Below, piece after piece: positions 46,663 through 56,689 of a stretch of DNA of 64,000 nucleotides. Each line of letters begins with the position of its first letter. The first letter of the stretch is position 1. Below the pieces are notes generated by a model, which did no database searches, was not told the origin of the DNA, and saw only the letters and a program-made list of their open reading frames with translations. The position numbers were made by a program, and so were the translations under genes. The stretch spans positions 320,646 to 384,645 of the forward strand of contig OZ244847.1 of assembly GCA_965220765.1 (NCBI GenBank), written 5' to 3'. The DNA is from Candidatus Latescibacterota bacterium. GTDB taxonomy: Bacteria > Latescibacterota > UBA2968.

Positions 46663-46767
46663 TGTGGAAAAGTATGTGGATAACTTTCACATCTCCATAT
46701 CAATTTATTCCGTTATTAAATAAAATCAACTACTTAAATTGTTGATAATATTATCCACTTTTCCACA
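46663..46767. promoter_or_regulatory. secondary cluster of four DnaA-box-like 9-mers
   Basis: TGTGGAAAA (46663), TGTGGATAA perfect consensus (46675), TTATCCACT (46751), TTTTCCACA (46759) within a 400-bp non-coding gap. Confidence 0.4.
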
Positions 46768-46902
46768 TTCGATGCGACACATCTCCTTTGATGAACTTGC
46801 TGCCGCAGGCATGCTCGGAGCGGTGTACAACTGCGACGGTTCATCATCAGCTCATTACTCGCCTTCATACACCGCTTGCCCATCTCATCTCTTCACACCT
46901 AT

Positions 46903-47586
46903 CTATCGAAACACATCTATGCGCTTGATCACCACGGGTTTTAGAGGTCGATCCCCTGGTGCGGTTTCGACCATTGCAATACTATTAACCACATCCATTC
47001 CCTTTGTCACTTCTCCAAAAGCAGTATATTGATTGTCCAAATTGGGGGAAGACCCATGCATAATGAAAAATTGTGAGCCAGCACCCGCCGACACATCTGA
47101 AATGCGTGCCATAGAAAGAATACCCGGTACATGTTTTGTATCATTAAATTCATGAGGGATATGTACGAGGGGTCCCCCCGTTCCATAATCAGATGGATCA
47201 TCGTCCTTTGAATTTGGATCGCCGCCCTGAATCATAAAATTTTTAATTACGCGATGAAACTTGGTATTGTCATAAAACCCACTTTCTGCCCGCGCGATAA
47301 AGGCAAAACAATGAACAGGTGCCTTTTCGGGATGGAACTTCAATTCAATATCCCCCATATTCGTCGCGATACGCGCTCGCACATCCCGAATCTGTTTTAC
47401 CAGAAATAGCATTCGGCCTCCGACCTCGCCAGCCCGCTTAATCTGGTTTTGCGCCTTGTTCAAAGAGCTTTTCAACGACCGATTCTCATTGTTCAACTTC
47501 TCATTGGCTTGTTTTAAATCTTCCATTCCACTACCTCCACAGGCCGCTATCGAAAGGCATAGCCCAAAAAAAACAAATCGTTTCAT
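46903..47586 (-). CDS. cyclophilin-type peptidyl-prolyl cis-trans isomerase, lipoprotein
   Basis: Lipoprotein signal (LCLSIAACGG); cyclophilin core (FHRVIKNFMIQGGDP...GILSMAR...GSQFFI). Confidence 0.8.
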   Translation of the reverse strand: MKRFVFFGLCLSIAACGGSGMEDLKQANEKLNNENRSLKSSLNKAQNQIKRAGEVGGRMLFLVKQIRDVRARIATNMGDIELKFHPEKAPVHCFAFIARAESGFYDNTKFHRVIKNFMIQGGDPNSKDDDPSDYGTGGPLVHIPHEFNDTKHVPGILSMARISDVSAGAGSQFFIMHGSSPNLDNQYTAFGEVTKGMDVVNSIAMVETAPGDRPLKPVVIKRIDVFR

Positions 47587-47793
47587 AGACAGTTCTCCTT
47601 AACCAAAACAACACCGCCTGGTATATGGTACTGTTTCTAAATATAAGTCCAGACGCTCATCATAGACAACAATCCGTTTGCACATTTTAAGCGAAAAAAA
47701 ACACCCCCAAATCTTCCTTGACAGTGGTTCTTCTCCGCGCTTTATTGTTCGCGGAACAACACAAACCTCCACATTTCCAAGGACAACATCATT

Positions 47794-48654
47794 ATGCGAC
47801 TTGTGACATTTTCGCACCGGGGACTGCGTCGACTCGGTGCCCGATCAGGCGATTCGATCATTGACCTCAGTGCTGCCGATCCTTCGATCCCCACGACCAT
47901 GAGAGACTTTATCGAAGCAGGTGATAACGCCATTTCCAGAGCCAGGGCAGTGATTGATAGAGGAGACCATGCCATTTCTGAAACAGGTGTCAGCATTCAT
48001 GCTCCCATCGACAATCCAGAAAAAATTATTTGCATAGGTCTCAACTACGCCGACCATGCCGCCGAGAGCGGTATGCCTATTCCCGACGAACCCATTGTCT
48101 TTTCCAAATATGCATCATCCATCATCGGCCCAGATGAGAATATCGTGGCTCCCAGCGCGAGTTCCCAGGTTGACTACGAAGTCGAGCTTGTTGTCGTTAT
48201 TGGCAAACGCGGTCGCAATATCTCTGAAGAAGATGCCCTCGACCACGTTGCAGGCTACATGGTTGGGCACGACGTGAGTGCTCGCGATTACCAGCTTGAA
48301 AAACCGGGTGCACAATGGATGATGGGCAAAACCTTTGACACATTTGCTCCAATAGGACCTGACCTGGTCACAACAGACGATGTGCCCGATCCTCATAACC
48401 TGGGCATTCGCTGTATTCTCAATGGCGAAACAGTACAGGATTCCAATACATCTCAACTGATCTTCGACGTCCCCAAACTCATTGCTTATCTCACACATGT
48501 ATTCACACTTGCCCCCGGAGATTTGATTTTTACTGGCACACCTCCCGGTGTGGGTATGGGGCGTGAGCCGCAACTCTGGCTCAAACACGGCGACCATGTA
48601 ATATGTGAAATTGACGGACTGGGGCGACTCGAAAATCCGGTTGTTTCAGATTGA
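47794..48654 (+). CDS. fumarylacetoacetate hydrolase (FAH) family protein
   Basis: ..IICIGLNYADHAAE...DYEVELVVVIGK.. typical FAH-family segments. Confidence 0.75.
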   Translation: MRLVTFSHRGLRRLGARSGDSIIDLSAADPSIPTTMRDFIEAGDNAISRARAVIDRGDHAISETGVSIHAPIDNPEKIICIGLNYADHAAESGMPIPDEPIVFSKYASSIIGPDENIVAPSASSQVDYEVELVVVIGKRGRNISEEDALDHVAGYMVGHDVSARDYQLEKPGAQWMMGKTFDTFAPIGPDLVTTDDVPDPHNLGIRCILNGETVQDSNTSQLIFDVPKLIAYLTHVFTLAPGDLIFTGTPPGVGMGREPQLWLKHGDHVICEIDGLGRLENPVVSD

Positions 48655-48697
48655 GCTATCCCAAAGTTACAGGGACCTGGATGTTTGGGGAGGGAAA

Positions 48698-49048
48698 TCA
48701 AACAGAGGGCAAACGGCTCCGCAATTCTGCCAACTCGCGTTCGAGATGATCCAATCTGAGTGAAACTTCACGCTCGTGCAACAGCCGATCAGCAGTACCC
48801 ATGCCATCGTGTATGATCGAAAGCCTGCGCTTTAGCTGTTCGCAGATGTGACCGACTTCTGATATATCAGCCTCGACCTGAGCCTGACGTGTGCTTATTT
48901 TGCGAATTGCATCCTGCACATTTTGGATATCAGATCGAACTTCTACAAACTGCCTGGCGACCATTTGAGCAAAGTTTTCTTGCGAAGACTCAATGGCATT
49001 GTGAACGGTTTCTCGAATGAGATCGAGTTCGCCAGCATCAAGGGCCAT
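48698..49048 (-). CDS. hypothetical coiled-coil protein
   Basis: ORF only; heptad-like composition. Confidence 0.3.
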   Translation of the reverse strand: MALDAGELDLIRETVHNAIESSQENFAQMVARQFVEVRSDIQNVQDAIRKISTRQAQVEADISEVGHICEQLKRRLSIIHDGMGTADRLLHEREVSLRLDHLERELAELRSRLPSV

Positions 49049-49131
49049 GGGCGATTTCCTGAAAAAGACAGATGGAGTACGAAAGAATACCCGTACTTGA
49101 ATGTAGAAAAAAAGGGGAGAAAAAGGGGAAA

Positions 49132-49198
49132 TGGGGAGGATAAGCCTGACGATCTGGGGAGAAAGGGGAATCAGAGCAAGATCGGTTTATCCTCCCCA
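49132..49198 (+). other. long hairpin (12-bp stem TGGGGAGGATAA / TTATCCTCCCCA, 43-nt loop with inner CGATCT/AGATCG pairing) in a purine-rich intergenic region
   Basis: Read directly; preceded by the AAAGGGGA-type repeats AAAGGGGAG AAAAAGGGGAA ATGGGGAGGA. Confidence 0.35.
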
Positions 49199-49202
49199 CC
49201 CA

Positions 49203-49265
49203 ATAAAGAGAGACTTAAATTCAGGGGAAATAGAATTTAACTGAATTGCGTTTCTCTTTATTTTC
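49203..49265 (+). other. second hairpin (AATAAAGAGA ... TCTCTTTATT) followed by a T-tract; terminator-like with no upstream plus-strand CDS (candidate sRNA 3' end)
   Basis: 10-bp arms at 49203-49212 and 49253-49262 with nested TTAAATTCAG/CTGAATT pairing, then TTTTCC. Confidence 0.3.
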
Positions 49266-49495
49266 CAGGACTTTAAGCCCTGAACAAACACAAACAAGTG
49301 TGTGTTCATTGCCTTCTGTATGGGGAGTATCAGAAAGCAATTACCCGAATATACACTCTCAAGTTTGTGTTGTCAAGAGTAAATATTTTCATTTAACCTA
49401 TCTGTTTCTTAAGGATTTAGCTTGCCACGCGGCTCTTTTCAATTCATATTATGTTATCAGATTTTTAAACGCGACCGATCTTTTGGGAGGGGTGT

Positions 49496-49999
49496 ATGAG
49501 GTTTGGTGAAATAATAAAACAAGCTCGAAACGGAAGATTTAGCCAGCAGGCTTTGGGGGAAAGTATTGGGGTGTGGGGCACTTATATTTATCAAATAGAA
49601 AAAGGCGAACGCATACCATCCGACGACGTGTGTACGAATCTTGCAAAAACACTCGATCTCGACCCTCAAAGGCTTCTTTTTTTAGCTTACAAAGAACGCG
49701 CACAGAAAACACCCGAAGGCCGCAAACTTTTTACCCAGATGGAAAAGCTGATAACAGATCCCGTCATCAGCCAGATTATTGCCAACCCCAAAATGCTCAA
49801 TGCAAGCATTGCCAAAGCACTTCAAAGCCCCGATATTCGCAAGGTACTCAAGAACAAGCAGTGGTGCGAAGCCCTGAACGCGAGCACTTCTACTACAGAC
49901 AGGGATATTCCCGAACTCATTAAGATCATCCCTCAGATCCCCGCCCAACAATGGCAAGTATTGCTCAGTACAGCAAAAGCTTTTGCTGGCATAACCTGA
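49496..49999 (+). CDS. XRE-family helix-turn-helix transcriptional regulator
   Basis: FSQQALGESIGVWGTYIYQIEKGERIPS HTH pattern; RBS GGGAGGGG. Confidence 0.6.
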   Translation: MRFGEIIKQARNGRFSQQALGESIGVWGTYIYQIEKGERIPSDDVCTNLAKTLDLDPQRLLFLAYKERAQKTPEGRKLFTQMEKLITDPVISQIIANPKMLNASIAKALQSPDIRKVLKNKQWCEALNASTSTTDRDIPELIKIIPQIPAQQWQVLLSTAKAFAGIT

Positions 50000-50040
50000 T
50001 CTGGATTAAAGTAACTGCCCAAAATCTATTAAAATGAAAA

Positions 50041-50075
50041 GAAGCCCGTTTCTCGCGTTGAGAGACGGGCTTTTG
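50041..50075 (+). terminator. rho-independent terminator after the XRE gene
   Basis: GAAGCCCGTTTCTC-GCGTTGA-GAGACGGGC-TTTTG. Confidence 0.6.
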
Positions 50076-50270
50076 CTGGAGGTATGACCTGTAATAGTAA
50101 AGAATTCGTTAATTTAATCTTTCATTTGCTAACTAATGTTCCACGTGGAACGGGGTATGAAGGCGAGTGAGCGGGGTATAGCTGGCCTCTCTCAGGCCAG
50201 TTTATTCGAGCATGACTGGTCGGTGAATGAGCCTGAGAAACGGCTCATTGTACATCATCTTCAGACCAGT

Positions 50271-50909
50271 TCAACGTCTTTTAAGAAAGACAAAAGATCG
50301 TCTTCGTCGTGTAATGGGTAAGGTCAAAGAGGTTTCAGTAACATAGATGTGGCGTGGAACACCGTTTGTGAACTCACAGAGAGAATCTGGGCCTTTCATT
50401 GAAATAAGTACACCGTGAGGGGCGAGAAACGGTTCTGCCCAATTCCAGAGCTGGGGCAGTCGTGCAACTGCACGGGCTGTACCAACCAGAAATTTACCAG
50501 AGAATGAGGAATCTTCAACAAGGTGCTCAGCGCGATATCTGATAGCGAAAGCGTTTTGAAGGCCGAGCGCAGTAATAGCTTCCTGAAGAAAGAGGTTTTT
50601 CATGCGGGTGGGTTCAAGGAGATAAACTTCGAGGTCGGACCTCATAATCTTGATTACAATACCTGGCAGACCAGCACCTGATCCCAAATCCAGGAGAGGT
50701 CCATCTCCTGGAAGGTGCGGTACCAACGAGAGACAATCGAGAATATGACGTTCCCATATAAAATTGCGATCATTGCGAGAGATCAATCGAACGCGCCCCG
50801 ACCAATCGGTAAGCAAATCGACATATTGCTGGAGCCTGACGGTCTGTTCATAAGAAAAAGAGAGATCAAAGGATCTCTTCGCAAGCTCAATAGCTTTAGC
50901 GGATTGCAT
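50271..50909 (-). CDS. rsmG: 16S rRNA (guanine527-N7)-methyltransferase RsmG
   Basis: ..ILDCLSL...LLDLGSGAGLPGIVIKIM..DLEVYLLEPTRMKNLFLQ.. ; ATG at 50909 chosen (GTG alternative at 50984). Confidence 0.75.
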   Translation of the reverse strand: MQSAKAIELAKRSFDLSFSYEQTVRLQQYVDLLTDWSGRVRLISRNDRNFIWERHILDCLSLVPHLPGDGPLLDLGSGAGLPGIVIKIMRSDLEVYLLEPTRMKNLFLQEAITALGLQNAFAIRYRAEHLVEDSSFSGKFLVGTARAVARLPQLWNWAEPFLAPHGVLISMKGPDSLCEFTNGVPRHIYVTETSLTLPITRRRRSFVFLKRR

Positions 50910-51062
50910 TGGATATACCTTTAGAAGAGGCGGTAAGAAGCAGGCGAGATAACCGCCCACCCCCTCTTGCGTTTCACGTCTCACCGATGTTTCACGTGGA
51001 ACGTTTTACAACTGGTCGCGTCATCCCGTGAGGGTTCTACACAGGACCAGACCAGTTCAACA

Positions 51063-52409
51063 TTATTTTCCGATGCAAAAGGTTTGGAAGATTCGATCAA
51101 GAACATCATCGGGCGTGGTCTCTCCAATGATTGCAGCGAGCGCGTCCAGAGCAACGCGGAGGTCCAGAGCAATAATTTCCCCCGGATTGCCGAATTCAAG
51201 GCTTTGAAGAGCCTGGGAGAGTCCCGTTGAAGCTTGCTGAAGTGCGAGAACATGCCGTTCTTTGGTAACGATTTCGTCAGGCAGGTCGCTCTTTCCCAGG
51301 AGAGTCTCACGAAGGCGACCGCGCAGAGTGGTGATGCCATCGCCCGTTTTGGCTGAGAGAATGATTTGGGGGTGGCAAGGCTGAACGCTTTGCCACCCAG
51401 TGTAAATACCCAGATCGCTCTTATTGAGAACAAGAAACGCCTGGTCATAACGACTGATGTTGTCCAGATCCTGGGAATCTGGTGGAAGCGATCCATCTAC
51501 AATATAGAGAACAATAGCTGCGCGGTCTATGAATTGTTGAGACCGACGCGTACCCTCTCTTTCCACCGGGTCGTCGGTATCGCGAATACCAGCTGTGTCA
51601 ACCAGTGTAACAGCAATTCCATTGAGATCGATTTGCTCTTCAATTGTGTCTCGCGTTGTACCGGGAATATCTGTAACAATCGCACGATCTTCTTCGAGAA
51701 GTCGGTTGAGAAGGCTGGATTTTCCCACATTGGGTTGGCCAGCGAGGGTGACGACGGCACCTTCGCGAATAATTTTTCCGCGTTCATAGGAAAGAATGAG
51801 GTCTTCAATATGCTTTAAAGCCTGAGAGAGTGATGGCTTAATCATCTCGACATCTATCTCTACATCTTCAGAAAAGTCTAAATTAGCTTCGAGAAGCATG
51901 GCCGCCTGACGAATAGATTCTGCCATTTTTACGAAACGGCGATGAAATCCACCTCGGAGTTGAAAAAAAGCAGATTGGAGGCTCAGATCAGATTTCGCGG
52001 TGATCATATCAGAAACTGCTTCTGCCTGCGAGAGATCTATCTTGCCGTTGAGAAAAGCTCGCCTGGTGAATTCTCCTGGACCAGCCGGCCGACCACCCTC
52101 TTGAAATACTGCTTCCACAACCCGTCTGAGGAGAAAAGGGCCTCCATGGCAGTTAAATTCAACTGTATCGTCGCCGGTAAAGGAATTGGGAGCACGCATG
52201 ACCGAGACCAGGACTTTGTCAAAATCCCGACCCTGAATGTAGAGATGTCCAAAAGATAGTTGGCGAGAAGGAAGGTTGCGGAGGGGGGGTTTGCCTCTGA
52301 AGAGACGTTCTCCAATTGAGATGGCATCTGGTCCGCTGAGTCTGATAATGCCAATCGCACCTTCACCTGGAGCTGTAGCGATTGCCGCGATGGTATCGTT
52401 GTCGGACAT
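51063..52409 (-). CDS. mnmE: tRNA modification GTPase MnmE
   Basis: G1 GQPNVGKSSLLN, G-domain motifs, C-terminal CIGK. Confidence 0.9.
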   Translation of the reverse strand: MSDNDTIAAIATAPGEGAIGIIRLSGPDAISIGERLFRGKPPLRNLPSRQLSFGHLYIQGRDFDKVLVSVMRAPNSFTGDDTVEFNCHGGPFLLRRVVEAVFQEGGRPAGPGEFTRRAFLNGKIDLSQAEAVSDMITAKSDLSLQSAFFQLRGGFHRRFVKMAESIRQAAMLLEANLDFSEDVEIDVEMIKPSLSQALKHIEDLILSYERGKIIREGAVVTLAGQPNVGKSSLLNRLLEEDRAIVTDIPGTTRDTIEEQIDLNGIAVTLVDTAGIRDTDDPVEREGTRRSQQFIDRAAIVLYIVDGSLPPDSQDLDNISRYDQAFLVLNKSDLGIYTGWQSVQPCHPQIILSAKTGDGITTLRGRLRETLLGKSDLPDEIVTKERHVLALQQASTGLSQALQSLEFGNPGEIIALDLRVALDALAAIIGETTPDDVLDRIFQTFCIGK

Positions 52410-52422
52410 AGAAATAAACCTG

Positions 52423-54114
52423 TCAGGACGTGCCCAACATCGATTTGGTTTTTTCCATGATGATCTGCTGAGCGAGGGTCAGCACATTGTAGAGCGTGTA
52501 ATAAAAGACGAGGCCAGAGGACATACTCCAAAAAATATAGGTGAGAAAGATGGGCATGATATAAACGAGAATAGCCTGTTTGGGATCTTTCATCATCATC
52601 TTTTGCTGAATGAACATCGATATTCCCATTAAAAGAGGCAAGAGGTGCAGGTCAAAACCACCAATGGGAATGGTATCTGGTTGGGAAAGGTCGGTAATCC
52701 AGAGAGCGAACCCAGCTTGTCGGAGTTCAATGGTCCCGCGAAACAGTGAAAAAAGAGAGAACAATATCGGCATCTGTAAGAGCATGGGTAGGCATCCACC
52801 GATGGGATTGATCTTCTCTTCCCGGTAGAGTCTCATCATGGCCTCGTTCATCTTCTTTTGGTCGCTGGCATAACGCTCGCGAAGTTCGGCAATTTTGGGC
52901 TGGAGTGTCTGCATCTTGGCAGTAGATTCAAGACTCTTGTGCGTGAGTGGGAAGACAACGACTTTGACGAGAATAGAAAAAAGAATTATGACCACGCCGT
53001 AATTTGGAACCAGAGCGTGCATGGCGAGGAACGCTTTAAGAATTAAAATCGTAACTGGCTTGAGAATAGAGCGGACAAAATAAGGACCGTAATCGACAAA
53101 ATCATCGAGGTCCAGTTCTCGTTCAAGTCCATCGAGGTCGCGATTTTGAGCGCGTAAAATGTCATAAGAAATTGGACCAATATACGCGGAGTAATTGATC
53201 GTATGAAGTCCAGAATCAGCATACATATCAAAAGCAAAATCGCGATAAGAAAAGCCATAAGGATCAATCTTATTATCGCCGTAAAGGTCGAGGTCATAAC
53301 GACCCTCGTTGGGGATAACCGCGGCGAGAAAGTATTTATTTCTCACACCAATCCAGGTCAGTTGACCACTTGGAGGCGTCTCTTTATCTTGAAGGCGGTC
53401 TGTGTCCCATGTTTCAACTTCCCCTCCCATATAGGTAACGATTTGTTCGTAAACACCTTCGTAAAAACTCTCTGACGTCCCGCGCTTATTTTCTGTGTCA
53501 GCGAGACTTCCATCCCATGTTATCCCTAATTTATCATCTCGAGCAAGACTTTCAGCTATGACGGAAACGTGAATCCGGTATCGGTTGCCCTGAAATCGGA
53601 AACGTTTCTCGACTGGGCCACGCGGAGATTGAGCACGCAACACGATCAGATCTTGCGTATCACCATAAATATTAAGGCGATCACGATCGGGAGTAAATTC
53701 GAGACCATTTAGGGACTCACTCGCAACAGTAGCACCAAGTCCAGCACCGTTGGGTGGGATCAATTCCAGCCAATTGCCATTGCCATCAAAATAGCTCTTG
53801 AGTTGCCAACTGGTAATCACGCCACCGCGCGTGGAGATGACAGCGCGGTAGAGTTCCGCATCTATGACAATATCACGAGCTTGGAACGTCGATGTAGAGG
53901 CTGGGCTTTTGTCCTGGATAGGAGGGCGTTGAGTTTCGCGTTGTTGTGTGGGTTGAGGTTTGGGAGCTGTATCAGTAATCTGCGGTGGCTCAATCTGGCG
54001 AGGGGCGGATTTTTCTACAGGGGGTGTGTCACCTTGAAAGAATTGCATGTAATACGGCATCAGTATCAAGATCAGGCCGATTAACGCAAAGGCAAATACC
54101 GTACGTCTATCCAT
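52423..54114 (-). CDS. yidC: membrane protein insertase YidC
   Basis: N-terminal TM, large periplasmic domain, conserved C-terminal 5-TM core (..PIFLTYIFWSMSSGLVFYYT..). Confidence 0.85.
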   Translation of the reverse strand: MDRRTVFAFALIGLILILMPYYMQFFQGDTPPVEKSAPRQIEPPQITDTAPKPQPTQQRETQRPPIQDKSPASTSTFQARDIVIDAELYRAVISTRGGVITSWQLKSYFDGNGNWLELIPPNGAGLGATVASESLNGLEFTPDRDRLNIYGDTQDLIVLRAQSPRGPVEKRFRFQGNRYRIHVSVIAESLARDDKLGITWDGSLADTENKRGTSESFYEGVYEQIVTYMGGEVETWDTDRLQDKETPPSGQLTWIGVRNKYFLAAVIPNEGRYDLDLYGDNKIDPYGFSYRDFAFDMYADSGLHTINYSAYIGPISYDILRAQNRDLDGLERELDLDDFVDYGPYFVRSILKPVTILILKAFLAMHALVPNYGVVIILFSILVKVVVFPLTHKSLESTAKMQTLQPKIAELRERYASDQKKMNEAMMRLYREEKINPIGGCLPMLLQMPILFSLFSLFRGTIELRQAGFALWITDLSQPDTIPIGGFDLHLLPLLMGISMFIQQKMMMKDPKQAILVYIMPIFLTYIFWSMSSGLVFYYTLYNVLTLAQQIIMEKTKSMLGTS

Positions 54115-54167
54115 AAATTCAGTCTTTCTACACAGAGAATAATAAAGGAAGGGATTGCAAAAACAAA

Positions 54168-54497
54168 TCAGGAGTCGATAAGACCGACCTTTTGAAATGC
54201 GAGGTGTAGTTCAAGACGGAGTTGGGTATAAGAGACACCGCAGGCGTGGTCTCCTATAGAGATAAGCATGAGACAGCGAGGATGACCTGAAGGTATTAGT
54301 TCGGAACATATTGCACGTACTTGCCGGCGGATGCGATTGCGCCGAACTGCGTTCCCAAATTTTTTTCGAATTGAAATGAGCGTTAGATCCATCTCGGAAG
54401 TACCAACCTGAACATGAACCCAACGCCCACGAAAGATCTGGCCGTGCTGTCGAATTTTCGCTATTTCGCGTCGAATGCGTAGGTTAGGTGTTCCCAT
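54168..54497 (-). CDS. rnpA: ribonuclease P protein component RnpA
   Basis: Basic 109-aa protein with RNR motif (AVRRNRIRRQVR); positioned between rpmH and yidC. Confidence 0.75.
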   Translation of the reverse strand: MGTPNLRIRREIAKIRQHGQIFRGRWVHVQVGTSEMDLTLISIRKKFGNAVRRNRIRRQVRAICSELIPSGHPRCLMLISIGDHACGVSYTQLRLELHLAFQKVGLIDS

Positions 54498-54511
54498 AAC
54501 ACACCTACATA

Positions 54512-54646
54512 TCAGTGCGATAGCTGCTTGCGACCCTTTCGGCGCCGTCGATTCAGCACATGGCGACCACCGGGAGAACTCATGCGAGCGCGAAAACCGT
54601 GTTTATTTTTGCGCTTGCGATTATGTGGTTGAAACGTCCGTTTCAT
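54512..54646 (-). CDS. rpmH: 50S ribosomal protein L34
   Basis: Hand-translated: [44 protein letters not shown]; under the 60-aa cut-off of the ORF track. Confidence 0.9.
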   Translation of the reverse strand: MKRTFQPHNRKRKNKHGFRARMSSPGGRHVLNRRRRKGRKQLSH

Positions 54647-55019
54647 CAAACCACCTCGTATCTACAAAAATTTCAATTATCTATATCGACAAAGAGTTTG
54701 GAATATAGAGGTGCATATCTGCTTTGTCAAGGGATTTCATTTTGATAGGAGAGTCCTTTTGTTACACTACTATATATAGTGTACATTTTTTTTGTACACT
54801 ATATATTGACTTTTTACTATTATTTTACTATTTTTCAAATGTTTATTAACGTTCTTCTTTGACCAAAACGCGCTTGACACCGCTTATTCCATTGCTTAAT
54901 TTTCGATTAGCTTTTAGAATCTTTTGAAATTCACTTTTGAAGTGGATTCCCCCACCGTAGTCTGCTGTTAAGAATAACCGAAATATTTCGATTTCAAAAT
55001 TTCAGAATACTTTCAATTT

Positions 55020-55028
55020 CCCCCCCCC
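55020..55028 (+). repeat. C9 homopolymer tract about 150 nt upstream of dnaA
   Basis: tttcCCCCCCCCCtcaattg. Confidence 0.6.
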
Positions 55029-55175
55029 TCAATTGAGAGCCTTCCGGCTTCTGAACCGAAATCAACCTCCCTTATATTCGGATTCCTCAGACAACGGTTT
55101 CCAATGCTTAACGCATTCTCATGATGTTTCCCTTAGTTGGCGCGTGTTTGCCAGCCATAGACGGATATTTGCACT

Positions 55176-56564
55176 ATGGATGAACGCTCTTCTAACTTAT
55201 GGAACCGGTGTCTCCACGCCATCCAGGAAAAAATACAGGATCAAAGTTTTGAAACCTGGTTCGCTCCAATTACGGCGCGGCAATTTACCTCCGAAGAAGC
55301 TATTCTGGTGGTGCCCGAGAGAATTTATGCCGATTGGTTAGAACAAAATTACATCGGGTTGATCAAAACGACCATCCAGGAAGTTTTTACCTGGAATCCA
55401 CGTATTAGTTTTGCCGTTGGTGATACTCATCAACAAATGGCATTTCCCGTGACACAGGCTCAAGGTCCTGAATACATGCAGGAAACATCTCTCGATCCTG
55501 TATCTACTGGACCATCTCTTCATTCTGGACCTCCCCAACCTGTATTTCCTCTCAACCCACGGTATCGGTTTGAAAATTTTGTTGTTGGCGAAAGCAATGA
55601 AGTGTCGTTTTCCGCTGCAAAAGCCACAGCAGAGTCGCCGGGACAAACAGCTTTTAATCCCCTTGTCCTTTATAGTGGCGTTGGATTGGGAAAAACCCAC
55701 CTGCTACAGGCTATTGGTGCATATTCCATCGAAATGGGGACGGCTCAACGGGTGGTTTATGTTACTGCACAGCAGTTTCTCACGGATTATTTAGAAGGAA
55801 TTAACCGCGGAACAACCTCTAATTTCTATCAAATCTATCGCCAGGCGGATGTATTGCTGGTTGATGACATTCAGTATTATGTGAAAACCGAAGGTTGCCA
55901 AAGAGAGTTTATCCATACATTTAATGCGCTATTTCAGGCGGATAAACAGATCATCATCAGTTCCGATCGCCCGCCATCTCATCTCAAAGGGTTTGAAGAT
56001 CGGTTGATTTCTCGATTTCAATGGGGTCTGGTTACAAATATTGAAGCACCGGACCTTTCCACGCGCGTGGCAATTTTAATGCAAAAAGCAGACGAAATGG
56101 GTATTTCATTGTCCCACGAAATTGCCAGTTTCTTAGCTGAACAGATCCATACCAATATCCGCGAACTTGAAGGAGCATTAAAACGCCTGGTGGCCTTTAC
56201 TAAATTACAACGCTATCCACTTACGATTGAAACAGCGCGAAAGACGCTTCTAAGCCCTCCCCAAAAGACCAAACCAACTGTTACTATTGAGAGCATTCAA
56301 AAAGCTGCCGCTCACTTTTTTGAAATACCTTTAGATAAACTGATTGGTGCAACTCGAAAGCAAGATGTGGCAACAGCCCGGCATGTGAGTATGTATTTGA
56401 GCAAATCTCTTACAGGTGCTCCACTCAAAACCATTGGTGTACAATTTGGAAATCGCGACCACAGTACAGTTATTCACGCGTGCCGGAGCGTCGAAAACAA
56501 AATATCATCGGATCCAGAATTTGAACATCTTGTCAGTGAACTACAAGATCATATCGTAAGTTAA
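55176..56564 (+). CDS. dnaA: chromosomal replication initiator DnaA
   Basis: Walker A GVGLGKTHLLQAIG; AAA+ sensor motifs; C-terminal DNA-binding helix (..KTIGVQFGNRDHSTVIHA..). Confidence 0.95.
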   Translation: MDERSSNLWNRCLHAIQEKIQDQSFETWFAPITARQFTSEEAILVVPERIYADWLEQNYIGLIKTTIQEVFTWNPRISFAVGDTHQQMAFPVTQAQGPEYMQETSLDPVSTGPSLHSGPPQPVFPLNPRYRFENFVVGESNEVSFSAAKATAESPGQTAFNPLVLYSGVGLGKTHLLQAIGAYSIEMGTAQRVVYVTAQQFLTDYLEGINRGTTSNFYQIYRQADVLLVDDIQYYVKTEGCQREFIHTFNALFQADKQIIISSDRPPSHLKGFEDRLISRFQWGLVTNIEAPDLSTRVAILMQKADEMGISLSHEIASFLAEQIHTNIRELEGALKRLVAFTKLQRYPLTIETARKTLLSPPQKTKPTVTIESIQKAAAHFFEIPLDKLIGATRKQDVATARHVSMYLSKSLTGAPLKTIGVQFGNRDHSTVIHACRSVENKISSDPEFEHLVSELQDHIVS

Positions 56565-56603
56565 GGAGTAATAGCCCAATAATGCATAAGCAGATAGATC
56601 TAA

Positions 56604-56643
56604 CCCCCAGATCTCATTCATAGAGGTCTGGGGGTTATTTTTA
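56604..56643 (+). terminator. dnaA terminator
   Basis: CCCCCAGATCTC-ATTCATA-GAGGTCTGGGGG (one mismatch) followed by TTATTTTTA. Confidence 0.6.
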
Positions 56644-56689
56644 TCGATTATATTCCTGTTTTAGATGTCCAGGTCGTCATTTACTCACA

